A stretch of 55,415 nucleotides of DNA from an uncultured Clostridia bacterium (GTDB lineage: Bacteria > Bacillota > Clostridia > TANB77 > CAG-508): assembly GCA_944388745.1 (NCBI GenBank), contig CALXJZ010000002.1:1-55415 (forward strand). Direction: 5' to 3'. Numbering within the stretch: the stretch's first letter is position 1; each line of letters starts with the position of its first letter. Made by a program: the position numbers and the translations under genes. Below are positions 40,322-51,489 of the stretch, piece after piece. Under the pieces are notes generated by a model, which worked only from the letters and a program-made list of their open reading frames with translations, searched no databases and was not told the origin of the DNA.

Positions 40322-43300
40322 ATGAAATTTAGTATGGAAGATATATTACACGTTGGATTGGATGTTGGCTCAACAACAGTAAAAATCATCGTTATGGATG
40401 ACAATAAAAATACAATATATAAAGACTACCGAAGACATTTTTCAGACACAAAAAACACAGTTTGCAAAGTGTTGGAAGATTTACTAAAAAAATATCCATA
40501 TAATTCATTTACACTTGCATTAACAGGTTCTGGAGCTATGTCAGCTGCAAAATTTTTAGGAGTAGACTTCATTCAAGAGGTTGTATCTTGTAAAAGAGCA
40601 GTTGAAAAATACATACCTAGAACTGACGTTGTAATTGAACTTGGTGGAGAAGATGCAAAAATAATATATTTTGACCAATCAATTGAGCAACGTATGAATG
40701 GAACTTGTGCTGGAGGAACTGGCGCATTTTTAGACCAAATGGCTTCACTTCTACATACTGACACAGCAGGTCTTAATGAACTTGCAAAAGGATATGAAAC
40801 AATTTACCCAATTGCATCAAGATGTGGTGTTTTTGCAAAAACTGATGTACAACCACTAATAAATGAAGGTGCTGCAAAAGAAGATATTGCTGCATCTATT
40901 TTCCAAGCAGTTGTTAATCAAACAATTAGTGGTCTTGCATGTGGTAGACCAATTAGAGGAAATGTGGCATTTTTAGGTGGACCTTTAAATTATTTATCAG
41001 AATTAAGAAAAAGATTTATTGAAACTTTACAATTAAAACCTGATGAAATCATAGTACCAGAAGAAGCACATTTACTTGTTGCCAAAGGTGCTGCCCTAGA
41101 TTCAATGAATTCTGAAGTTATAACTACAACAGAACTAGAGCAAAAAATAGAAAATTTAAAAAATTCACATGATAATACAACACAACCTTTAGACCCACTA
41201 TTTAAAAATAAAGAATACTATCAAGCATTTAAAGAAAGACATGATAAAGCTAAAGTAGAAAAAGCTGATTTAGCTACTTATGAAGGTGACTGTTATCTAG
41301 GAATTGATGCTGGTTCTACAACAACAAAAATAGTTTTAATTGATAGAGATGGAAAACTTTTATATTCACTATATGGAAGCAATGAAGGTAATCCATTACA
41401 AAGTGTTATGAAAATGTTAAAACAGCTATATTCTATACTACCTGAAAAAACAATCTTAAGATATAGCGGTGTTACAGGATATGGTGAAAAATTAATACAA
41501 ACAGCTTTAAATGTTGATTTAAATGAAATTGAAACAATTGCACATTATACAGCAGCAAAAACATTTGAGCCAGATGTAACAAGTATTGTCGACATTGGTG
41601 GTCAAGACATGAAATACATCAGAATGAAAAATGGTTCAATTGATAACATCATGCTAAATGAAGCATGTTCTTCAGGATGTGGTTCATTTATTGAAACCTT
41701 TGCAAAGAGTTTGAATTTATCTATTGAAGAATTTGTAAAAGAAGCAATTGAAGCAAAAAGACCTGTTGACTTAGGTTCTCGTTGTACTGTTTTTATGAAT
41801 TCTAAAATTAAACAAGCTCAAAAAGAAGGATATTCAGTTGGAGATATTTCTAGTGGATTATCATACTCAGTTATCAAAAATGCTATTCAAAAAGTTATGA
41901 AAGTAAGAGATGTTGAAACATTAGGAAATCACATAGTAGTACAAGGTGGTACTTTCTATAATGATGCTGTTCTTCGTGCTTTTGAATTAATAGTTGGAAA
42001 AAATGTTGTAAGGCCAGATATCTCTGGACTTATGGGAGCATATGGAATGGCTTTACTTTCTAAAGAACAATATGAAGCAAACTTAGACATGGAATATACA
42101 TCAACAATTTTAAGAACTGAAGAAATTGACAATTTAAAAATAAAAATTACACACACACGTTGTAATAACTGTGAAAACCATTGTAAATTAACAATTAACA
42201 AATTTAGTAATGGTCAAATACATGTATCAGGAAACCGTTGTGAAAAAGGTGCAGGTGTTGTTACAAAATCTAAGCCATTACCTAATTTAATTGCATATAA
42301 ATATCAAAGACTTTTTGACTATAAACCATTAGATGAACAATATGCAATTAGAGGAACAATAGGTATTCCTAGAGTTTTGAATATGTATGAAGATTATCCT
42401 TTCTGGTTCACATTCTTAACTTCTTTAGGTTTCCGTGTAATTCTATCAGAAAAAAGTACACGTAAAACTTATGAAAAAGGAATGGAATCAATGCCATCTG
42501 AATCAGTTTGCTACCCTGCAAAACTTTCACATGGACATATAGAAAGTTTACTTGAACAAGGTATAAAAACAATCTTTTATCCTTGTATACCATATTCAAG
42601 AAAAGAATATGAAAAAGCAGATAACCACTATAACTGCCCAATTGTAATTTCATATTCAGAAGTTTTGAAAAACAATGTAGAAGGATTAAAAAATCCAGAT
42701 ATTAAGTTTATAAATCCATTCTTACCTTTTGATAAGAAAAATCTTGTTAAAAAAGTTATGGAATTAGATGAATTTAAAGAATATAATTTCACAAAAGAAG
42801 AACTAAATGAAGCTGCAGATAAAGCAGAAGCAGAATATCAAAAATGTAAAAATGATATTAGAGCAAAAGGTGCTGAAACAGTTAGATATATTGAAGAAAA
42901 TCATCTAAAAGGGATTGTTCTAGCCGGACGTCCATATCATGTTGACCCAGAAATAAATCATGGTATTGATACATTAATAACTTCATTAGGTCTTTGTGTT
43001 TTAACAGAAGATAGTATTTCAGATAAAACAGAAGCAAAACGACCTCTTCGTGTTGTTGACCAATGGGTATATCATGCAAGACTTTATGCAGCAGCTGATT
43101 TTGTCGGAAAACATGATAGCTTAGAATTAGTACAATTAACTTCATTTGGTTGTGGTGTAGATGCTGTTACAACTGACCAAGTTGAAGAAATATTATCAAG
43201 TTATAACAAAATGTATACATTAATAAAAATAGATGAAGTAAACAACTTAGGGGCTGTAAGGATTCGTATCCGTTCTTTACTTGCAAGCATGAAAAAGAGA

Positions 43301-44686
43301 GAACAAGAAAAGAAACAAGAAAAATCTGACGGAGACTACGGAATTAAGAAAAAAATCTTTACTAAAGAAATGCGTAAGGATTACACAATTTTAATGCCAC
43401 AAATGGCTCCAATACACTTTGATTTATTAGAAAGTGCTGTAAAATCATCTGGATATAATCTAAAATTATTAAGAAACTGCACACAAAAAACAGTGGAAAC
43501 AGGTTTAAAATATGTCAATAATGATGCATGTTATCCATCAATATTGACAACTGGACAAATGATTGAGGCCCTACAATCTGGAGAATATGACTTAAATAAA
43601 ACTGCTCTAATCATGTCACAAACAGGTGGTGGATGTAGAGCCACAAACTACATAGGATTTATACGTAAAGCCTTAAAAGATGCTGGATTTGAAAATGTAC
43701 CAGTAATTTCATTTAATATTGTTGGTATGGAAAAGATGCCAGGATTTAAATTAACCGCACCTCTAATTGAAAGATTACTAAAAACTGTTCTATATGGTGA
43801 TTTACTACAAAAAATGCTAACAAAAAATAGAGCATATGAAGTAAATAAAGGTGAAACTCAAAAACTATTTGATACTTGGATGGAAAAATGCAAAAAGCTA
43901 TTACAAAAATCAACAAATAAAGAATTTAAACAAAGTATTTATGACATAGTAAATGATTTCGAAAAAATAGAATTAGATACATCAGTAGAAAAACCACGTG
44001 TAGGTATAGTTGGAGAAGTTCTAATTAAATATCATCCATTTGGAAATAACTATGTTGCAGATTTACTTGAACAAGAAGGTGCTGAAGTAATTCTTCCAGA
44101 TTTCATGGGATTTGTTAAATTTATGGCAACACATAAAATTACGTTTAATAAATTATTAAATACAAATAAAACATCTTCAAAACTTATGAAAGTTGCTATA
44201 AAATTAATAGATTTACTAGAAAAAGATGTAAAAGCTGCATTATCAAGTTCTAAAAAAGGATATTTACCACCATGTGATATTTGGCATCTTGAGGATAAAG
44301 TAAAAGATGTATTATCTATTGGAAATCAAACAGGTGAAGGTTGGTTCTTAACCGCTGAAATGATTGAGTACATAGAACATGACATTCCAAATATTGTTTG
44401 TGTTCAACCATTTGCATGTCTACCTAACCATGTTGTTGGAAAAGGTGTTATAAAGACTATTCGTAGCATGTACCCTGAAGCAAATATTTCTCCTGTTGAT
44501 TATGACCCAGGTGCTAGTGAATCAAATCAAACAAATAGGATTAAATTGTTAATGACAGTTGCTAAAGATAATTTACAAGCTAAGCAAAATCGTAAAAAGG
44601 CTATTGAGAAAGAAAATGAAGAGGTTAAAGTTTCTAAAGATAGTATAGAAAAAAGTACTACAAGCAGTACATACAAAATTTCTTAA
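40322..44686 (+). CDS. Large CoA-substrate-specific enzyme activase fusion: two BcrAD/BadFG (HgdC-like) ATPase domains plus DUF2229-type C-terminal domains
   Basis: Two acetate/sugar-kinase-fold starts (VGLDVGSTTVK; LGIDAGSTTTK), a Cys cluster CNNCENHC...C, 1454 aa. Confidence 0.8.
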   Translation: MKFSMEDILHVGLDVGSTTVKIIVMDDNKNTIYKDYRRHFSDTKNTVCKVLEDLLKKYPYNSFTLALTGSGAMSAAKFLGVDFIQEVVSCKRAVEKYIPRTDVVIELGGEDAKIIYFDQSIEQRMNGTCAGGTGAFLDQMASLLHTDTAGLNELAKGYETIYPIASRCGVFAKTDVQPLINEGAAKEDIAASIFQAVVNQTISGLACGRPIRGNVAFLGGPLNYLSELRKRFIETLQLKPDEIIVPEEAHLLVAKGAALDSMNSEVITTTELEQKIENLKNSHDNTTQPLDPLFKNKEYYQAFKERHDKAKVEKADLATYEGDCYLGIDAGSTTTKIVLIDRDGKLLYSLYGSNEGNPLQSVMKMLKQLYSILPEKTILRYSGVTGYGEKLIQTALNVDLNEIETIAHYTAAKTFEPDVTSIVDIGGQDMKYIRMKNGSIDNIMLNEACSSGCGSFIETFAKSLNLSIEEFVKEAIEAKRPVDLGSRCTVFMNSKIKQAQKEGYSVGDISSGLSYSVIKNAIQKVMKVRDVETLGNHIVVQGGTFYNDAVLRAFELIVGKNVVRPDISGLMGAYGMALLSKEQYEANLDMEYTSTILRTEEIDNLKIKITHTRCNNCENHCKLTINKFSNGQIHVSGNRCEKGAGVVTKSKPLPNLIAYKYQRLFDYKPLDEQYAIRGTIGIPRVLNMYEDYPFWFTFLTSLGFRVILSEKSTRKTYEKGMESMPSESVCYPAKLSHGHIESLLEQGIKTIFYPCIPYSRKEYEKADNHYNCPIVISYSEVLKNNVEGLKNPDIKFINPFLPFDKKNLVKKVMELDEFKEYNFTKEELNEAADKAEAEYQKCKNDIRAKGAETVRYIEENHLKGIVLAGRPYHVDPEINHGIDTLITSLGLCVLTEDSISDKTEAKRPLRVVDQWVYHARLYAAADFVGKHDSLELVQLTSFGCGVDAVTTDQVEEILSSYNKMYTLIKIDEVNNLGAVRIRIRSLLASMKKREQEKKQEKSDGDYGIKKKIFTKEMRKDYTILMPQMAPIHFDLLESAVKSSGYNLKLLRNCTQKTVETGLKYVNNDACYPSILTTGQMIEALQSGEYDLNKTALIMSQTGGGCRATNYIGFIRKALKDAGFENVPVISFNIVGMEKMPGFKLTAPLIERLLKTVLYGDLLQKMLTKNRAYEVNKGETQKLFDTWMEKCKKLLQKSTNKEFKQSIYDIVNDFEKIELDTSVEKPRVGIVGEVLIKYHPFGNNYVADLLEQEGAEVILPDFMGFVKFMATHKITFNKLLNTNKTSSKLMKVAIKLIDLLEKDVKAALSSSKKGYLPPCDIWHLEDKVKDVLSIGNQTGEGWFLTAEMIEYIEHDIPNIVCVQPFACLPNHVVGKGVIKTIRSMYPEANISPVDYDPGASESNQTNRIKLLMTVAKDNLQAKQNRKKAIEKENEEVKVSKDSIEKSTTSSTYKIS

Positions 44687-44707
44687 TAAAGTTTGACATA
44701 TAAACTC

Positions 44708-44738
44708 AAAAAACAGGGAGTTGCAACTCTCTGTTTTT
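44708..44738. terminator. Bidirectional terminator
   Basis: aaaaacagggag / ctctctgttttt hairpin between convergent genes. Confidence 0.6.
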
Positions 44739-44751
44739 ACTTTTGACAATA

Positions 44752-45630
44752 CTATTTCAGATAGTTTTTCATCTCATTATAACCAATCAAATATAACTCA
44801 TCTATTTTGCTCATATCAAGCAAGCCAACTTTTTCACTCTTTAATTTTAAATTATAATCTGAACCTTGCATCTCATAATTAGACAATTCTCTACTCAAAA
44901 GACTTATAGCTCTTCCTCCCACTTCAATTAAATTTTTACAACAAGTTTTATCAATGTCTTCTTCAAAAGTAACACTTATAATCTTATCCGCACCTATTTG
45001 TTTAAGTTCTTTCCAAGGAACATTTTCACGTATACCACCATCAATTAATTTAGTATCACGGTACGAACAAGGTGAAAACACGATTGGATAACTACAACTT
45101 GCTCTAACAGCTCTACCTATTGGCATTTCTCCTTCAAACTTTACTTTATCAGAAAATTCAGCTCTGTTTTCTTCTTTTTGATAAATATTTCTTTTAATAG
45201 TACTTTTATCAACAGAAGTAAAACATATTACTTCCCCATTACACATATCTACACTTGGTATTACCAAGTTCTTTTTTATCTCTGAAATATTGTATATACC
45301 TTTCTTATGTGCCATTTTATCAATTAATTTTTCTATTTGTTTTCCACTATTTAATCCGTCAATAATAATCCTTCCTGTAAACACTAAACCTAAGATGGCC
45401 TTTACTATATTAAGAAAATCTACATATTTAATTTTTTTGCAATATTTTTTAAATATCTTATAAATTTCATCTGCATTAAATCCCATAGCATATAAAGATG
45501 CTACGATACTTCCAGAAGATGTTCCCCCAATATATTCTATTTGAATATTTTCCTCTTCTAAGGCTTTTAAGACCCCCACATGTGCAGCACCTTTTACTCC
45601 TCCTCCTGCCAATGCTAAACCTAATTTCAT
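44752..45630 (-). CDS. Patatin-like phospholipase
   Basis: GGGVKGAAHVG oxyanion loop, GTSSGS nucleophile elbow, DGG catalytic Asp (LIDGGIREN). The start was set at MKLGLAL after GGAGAGGAG. Confidence 0.85.
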   Translation of the reverse strand: MKLGLALAGGGVKGAAHVGVLKALEEENIQIEYIGGTSSGSIVASLYAMGFNADEIYKIFKKYCKKIKYVDFLNIVKAILGLVFTGRIIIDGLNSGKQIEKLIDKMAHKKGIYNISEIKKNLVIPSVDMCNGEVICFTSVDKSTIKRNIYQKEENRAEFSDKVKFEGEMPIGRAVRASCSYPIVFSPCSYRDTKLIDGGIRENVPWKELKQIGADKIISVTFEEDIDKTCCKNLIEVGGRAISLLSRELSNYEMQGSDYNLKLKSEKVGLLDMSKIDELYLIGYNEMKNYLK

Positions 45631-45731
45631 ATTAAATCTCCTCTCCATTTTATTTTATATATAATATTTGAAATCTTTGTTTATTGTGATATACTATATT
45701 TATACAAATTTAAATGAAAGGATTTTATAAT

Positions 45732-46442
45732 ATGAACAAAAATTATTATGATATTTTACAAATAAATCAAAATGCTTCACCAGAAATAATTGAAAAAGCA
45801 TATAAAACACTTGCAAAAAAATATCATCCAGATTTACAAGAAGAAAGTAACAAAAAAGAAGCTGAGGAAATTTTAAAAGAAATAAATGAAGCATATGAAG
45901 TATTATCTAATCCAGATAAAAAAGCCTTATATGACCAAGATTTGAAGAATGAAACTATATCTCAAGAAGATTATGAAGAAATGTATGCACAGAATGAAAA
46001 ATTAAAAGAAGAACTTAATAATTTAAAAAATAATACTAACAATAATCAATATTCAAATATAAATCTAAATTCATTTAATACATCATCAACTGAAAATCCA
46101 AAAGCAAATATAAATCAAGAAAACTTTGATGCAATAAAAAAAGAAGAACAAGAATTAGAATATAAAAGGCGACAACTTCAATATCAAGAACAACTAGAGC
46201 AAGCAAGACAAAAAGCATATCATGATGCATATATTCAAGATTTAAAAAACAGAGGATATAGAATAAAATATAAAAAGTCTTTAAAAGATTATATTAAAGG
46301 CATTATTACTATTATTTTAACAATTATTATATTAATTATATTATGGCAAATCCCAGTTATTCATAACTTTTTCATTAATTTATACCAAGAAAATGAAATA
46401 CTTCATAATACAATTAACTTTATCAATAATTTATTTAATTAA
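45732..46442 (+). CDS. J-domain protein with a coiled-coil region and a C-terminal transmembrane segment
   Basis: YYDILQI...KKYHPDLQ (HPD). C-terminal [15 protein letters not shown]. Confidence 0.8.
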   Translation: MNKNYYDILQINQNASPEIIEKAYKTLAKKYHPDLQEESNKKEAEEILKEINEAYEVLSNPDKKALYDQDLKNETISQEDYEEMYAQNEKLKEELNNLKNNTNNNQYSNINLNSFNTSSTENPKANINQENFDAIKKEEQELEYKRRQLQYQEQLEQARQKAYHDAYIQDLKNRGYRIKYKKSLKDYIKGIITIILTIIILIILWQIPVIHNFFINLYQENEILHNTINFINNLFN

Positions 46443-46469
46443 AAAAACGTGTTAAAACACGTTTTTTTA
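46441..46469. terminator. Bidirectional terminator
   Basis: aaaaaaacgtgtt / aacacgttttttt hairpin. Confidence 0.6.
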
Positions 46470-46494
46470 ATATTTTCTTCTTACACAACTATGA

Positions 46495-47829
46495 TTATTC
46501 ATTAAAACTAAATGACATTACAAATTCATAATTATCCTTTAATTGCATAATTATATTTAGTGAAACTATATCTTCTGTTTCACTGGTTACATCACTAAGT
46601 CTAATTTCTTGGATATATGTTGAATTTTCCTCTGAATAAGTACCATATTCCATATTATAATGTAAAGGAAGTTTTTCTTTAATATATGCTTCAAAAACTT
46701 CTTCTGAACCCCAATTATTATTTCTAAATGTTTCATCTAGCAAATAATATGCATTTATATAATCTCTGGAATTCAACATTTGAATCCATTTATCTATGTT
46801 CATAGCTACTTTATACTGTTCATTAGCTGAGTCATATGTTGACTTAAAATTATCAGAGATAATAGTATAAGTATCTAACCTAGCCTTATAATTCATAGTT
46901 GAAGTTTCATAAAATTCATAAGTATTATCATATTGATCCATGATAACATATTTTTTACCTGAATCTTCATAATTTAATAAATACTTTTGTGCTTCAATTC
47001 TACTAAGTTCCTCTTTATTATCATTTACATATTTTTTAAAATCATCTAAACTTCCAAATCTTTTTTCTTTATATTCCGTATCAAGATAATCATCATATGT
47101 AGTCTCTGGATAATTTACCATTAAACTAATAAAATTTGACATATACATTTTTGCCATTTCTTCTATTGAAATTTTTTTAATAGAAAATCTATTATATAAT
47201 TTATCCTCTATATTTAAATTTGATATTTCAACTTCAATATCATCTATACTAGCTACTGAATTTGTAACAGGCTCAATTGAAAATGTAGAATTATTTGAAT
47301 CAGTTCTAACAATATAATACCTTTCATCTAATTGATTCATTCGTAAATCCTCTATATATATATTAATAATATATGTTGTTATATTATCACTATCATATCT
47401 AACCCTTAATCCTTTTGGTATAACTTTATAAGCATAATCCATTAAGCTAATATAATTATAAAAATTATTAGAATTTATATTATTTTCATTTATATAATTT
47501 TTATCTAATAAATCAAGTACAAGATTTTTTAAATCTTCTTCATTTTCTATTTCATAATGTCCCACATATTCTTTGCTATCAATATCAAACTGTAATATTT
47601 CTAGATAGGTATTAATAGTATCTGCTACTGAGAAAAATATATTGTTGTCATCTATCTCCTTAAATCCATTATTATTCGCTTCATATTGAAAACCAGAATC
47701 AAATTCTTCCACATCTTCTTTTACCATATACTCATCCATATTATTTTTATATATGACTATCCCTATTATAGTAATAATTATAAGTATAACCATTATAACT
47801 ATTAATTTTTTTATAATACTTAATTTCAT
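46495..47829 (-). CDS. Membrane-anchored hypothetical protein, last gene of the T4SS operon
   Basis: N-terminal TM. It starts 9 nt after the hydrolase stop. No recognised motif. Confidence 0.6.
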   Translation of the reverse strand: MKLSIIKKLIVIMVILIIITIIGIVIYKNNMDEYMVKEDVEEFDSGFQYEANNNGFKEIDDNNIFFSVADTINTYLEILQFDIDSKEYVGHYEIENEEDLKNLVLDLLDKNYINENNINSNNFYNYISLMDYAYKVIPKGLRVRYDSDNITTYIINIYIEDLRMNQLDERYYIVRTDSNNSTFSIEPVTNSVASIDDIEVEISNLNIEDKLYNRFSIKKISIEEMAKMYMSNFISLMVNYPETTYDDYLDTEYKEKRFGSLDDFKKYVNDNKEELSRIEAQKYLLNYEDSGKKYVIMDQYDNTYEFYETSTMNYKARLDTYTIISDNFKSTYDSANEQYKVAMNIDKWIQMLNSRDYINAYYLLDETFRNNNWGSEEVFEAYIKEKLPLHYNMEYGTYSEENSTYIQEIRLSDVTSETEDIVSLNIIMQLKDNYEFVMSFSFNE

Positions 47830-47838
47830 ATCAAACTC

Positions 47839-50800
47839 CTAATTAAATCTAAATACATTTGTAAACGCTGACATTGCTCCTGAAGAAATTTTAACAACAT
47901 CTCCTGTATGTGGTGCATGAATATATTCATCATTTCCTAAATATATTCCTATATGGCTATTTCGCCACACTATATCCCCTGGCTGTGCATCTTCTTTTGA
48001 TACCTCATGTTCTGAACCTAAATATGGTGCATACTCATATGTTGTACGTGGTAATGAAATTCCTACTTCTGCAAATACATACTGAACAAATCCTGAACAG
48101 TCAAATCCACTTGGAGTTGTTCCTCCCCATACATATGGTACCCCCAAATATTGCTTAGCGACTTCTATTATTTGTGAATTTCCTCCTGTTCCTGATAGAC
48201 TACCATAATTTCCAAAAATATCATTCCATATGTCTATCTTTTGTTGAACTTGATAAGCCGTATACTGTCCTTGTTCCCAAACAGTAGTCGTTGTTCCATC
48301 TGCATGTTCCGGACCACCATTTAAACATTTTTGTACAAATTCTTCATGTGTTGAATAAATAGCTGTAACTCCTGCAACAGCAGGATCCATATAATAATAT
48401 CCACCTGCACCAGAACCTGAATACGCTTCTCCATGTCTACCTAAACTAGAATATCTTGATTGCATTCCTGAAAGAGTTCCTGGTTGTCCATATCCTAACG
48501 GACTACATCCTGCAGCTTCACGTTCTTCTGCACGTTGTTTTATAACAGCTGCATCCTCTGGATTAGTCTCATATGACTTTACTTTGTTTGCATATGCGAT
48601 AATTCCAGCTGATAAACTACTAAAACTTTGTCCTGTTGAAGATCCATTTCCTACACCTAATCCCCAATAGTTATATGATCCACCACCTGCTATATATTGT
48701 TGTTCAGATTGAGCCGTTACTACTACTAATTCAGGATTTATACCATTTTCAACAGATGTATCATATATTAATGCTGCATTAGCTTTAAAATTAGTTTCGT
48801 AACTATTATTATAAGTATATGCTTGCATAGCAGCAATAAAATCATCTCGCGATAACACCGGTGTATATAAAGGAATTTGCCCTACTGATACAGAATTAAA
48901 AGTTTCTAAACTATATTCACTATAATCATATTCTAGTACTCCATATGGAGTTCCCGTTGCTTTATAAATTAAATATTTAGTTAAATTCAATAAATTAACG
49001 GTTTTCTCATTATTTTCAATTATAGTAAAAAGATATCCACTTGTCCTAACTTTTGATTTCATATCATGTTCGTTATATAATTCAACAAATAAATTTTCTT
49101 TTCCTTCAACTTTATATTCACCTTTTTCATAACTATTTGAAATTGTCTCTGTATGAGTAGCTATACGTTGGTATAAAGTATAATCATATGTTATTTCATT
49201 ACCATCCTCATCTGTCTCTCCTGTTGGCACATTTTCTTGACTTTCAACAACTGTTTCTTCTGAAATCGAATCAGATGAAGAAGTTGTTACAACCCCTGGA
49301 ACCTCTACTATTTTTTCTTCAGAATCACCTATATTTAAAACGGCATCACTATAACTATTTTCCTGATATGTTTTTACACACCAAGTATTTGCATAAGTGA
49401 TATTAACTTTTGTAGAAACTGTTTCTGTAACAAAACTTTCTGATTCTCCTGTTTCTCGCCAATCATAGCTATATTCAGACATACTTGCTTCTTTTTTTTG
49501 CTGAGTCGTATTAGTAGTTTCCATTGTAGTAATATTATCTTGGATAGCTACCACAATTTCAGATTCCATTACCTTATCAGCTAAATCATTAACAAAATCT
49601 TCATAATTAGTATCTATATAAAAGTATAATAAATATTCATATGGCATTACAAACTCTTCCAATGCAGTCTTCAAATTCATTGAGTTACTATCTCTTAATT
49701 CTACACTTCCATCTGAATTTTGAGACCAAGAAACTATAACTAAATTTCTATCATCATCTAATGTATATGATTTTATAGCATTTTCTACATCTCCATTGTT
49801 GATATATTCTTGTAATTTATCTTGTGATACATATCTCATATTAATTATTCTTGATTCTATACTAGATGTTAAAGTTTGATCGCCATTTTCTGTTGAATTA
49901 TATCCACTATGATCTGCATTAAAATATTGATCTATCCCATCAACAATTCCTTGTGCATACTTTTCTACTCCATCACTACCTATAATACTTGCATCTGGAT
50001 CACCATCTAAAAATCCTCCCTCTGTTACAACAGATGGAAATCCTGAAGTAGCCGCATTTTCAATAATTCCTAGACTTCCAACTGCACATTTTTCAACATC
50101 AGGTCCGTGCTTGTCTATTGGTCAAGCCCATTGATTTTGATATAGTATCTGACAATATTTCTGCTAATTGTTGAGAATAACCATCTCCATCCTTATAGAT
50201 AGCTTCAACTCCTGTTCCTCCTCCTGCATTAAAATGTATTTGTATACATAAGTCCGGATTTGCTTCTCTCGCAAGCCTAGTTCTTTCCCCTACTTGCACA
50301 CCTCCTGGATTCTCTGATGTACTTCCTGTTTGAACTACTGTAATATTAGAATAATTATCTAATAACTCTTCTACTCTTTCAGCTACTTTTATAGTCAATT
50401 CCTCTTCAACTAAATTACCACTTGAAGCTCCTGTATCATTAGTATTATTATGACCTGCTGCAATAGCCACTACATATTCTTCATCTTCTTTTCCAATTTT
50501 ATTATTTGTATTCTTAGCTCTTGAAGTAACAATTTTTTCTTCTACTTGCTCTTCTGATAGATTTTGAACTCCATCTGTACTATCATTTCCATTCCATTCT
50601 TTTAATGTACTATATTTTACATAAGCTGTTTCTCCCCCTTCAGTTTCCACTTCTACATAAATAGTAACATCTCCTGTAATTGCATTTTCACTAGCTTCAT
50701 AACTACCCTTATATGTAACAATCTCTCCATATTCAACATATATTACATTACCATCTTCTTTAACTTTTGTTTGCCAATATCCTGTTTCTCTTATTTGTTC

Positions 50801-51478
50801 ATACAAAGGTGTTTTTGCTACAACTTCTAGTTTTTGACCTTCTGTCCAAGATTGTAATATACTCTCATCTTTTTCTTCAATTTGTACTGTATCATAAACT
50901 GTTTCTTTTTCAGAAGTAGAAGTTTCCCCTTTTCCTGTATTTTTCATTTCTCCTATTTCTTTATTAGGTATTACTCTTCTAATTTTTACTGCTCCTTGAA
51001 AAGCGTCCTTGTCTTCTTCTGGAATATCACCTCGTAAATCAGGGAATTGAGTATATGCCTCTGCTTTTAACATCTTTTTTACAAATTCCACATCTTCTGG
51101 TAAATTATGATATTCTGCAGATTTATTAATCTCCTTAATCATCGATTCTATCTTACTATCAATATCATCTACAAAATCCAAATAATATCCATTAGTTTCA
51201 TCACCTTTAATCTCTATCAGTTCAGTAATAGTATTTTCAACCCCTAAACTTTCATTTATCTTATCTGGTGTATTTTCTGCTGTAAGTAATTCTACTGCAT
51301 AATCAATAATAGTGGTAACAAGCAAAAAAACAATAATAATAATAAAAACTTTAAACATCATTGGTGCCACAAACATCATTGCTTTACTAGCACCTTTTGT
51401 TAGCACTTTTTTAACTTTACTTTTACCTTTATTTTTAGCTCCATTTTTTATATTGTTTATAATTCCCACTAATTTCAC
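47839..51478 (-). CDS. Conjugation-type multidomain peptidoglycan hydrolase (amidase_3 + glucosaminidase-like + NlpC/P60); frame broken once (+1 at CGG-A)
   Basis: N-terminal TM. MurNAc-LAA motifs (AAGHNN..., IQIHFNAG). Mid-region INPELVVVTAQSEQQY...YNYWGLG. C-terminal VPYVWGG..GFDCSGFV...H.GIY...IHAP. ORF 50099..51478 and the open upstream extension of ORF 47839..49839 join after removing 1 nt, giving 1213 codons. Confidence 0.85.
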
Positions 51479-51489
51479 CTCACCGTCAT

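Noticed and set aside
40023-40325. 100-aa ORF upstream of the activase gene
   Set aside because: It spans the 23-bp repeat array and both promoters. The product is low-complexity, and there is no RBS. The region is better explained as regulatory DNA.
44752-45630. The patatin-like lipase as a CBASS (CapV) effector
   Set aside because: No CD-NTase/cyclase, no E1/E2/JAB accessory genes, and no other signalling component within the flanking genes.
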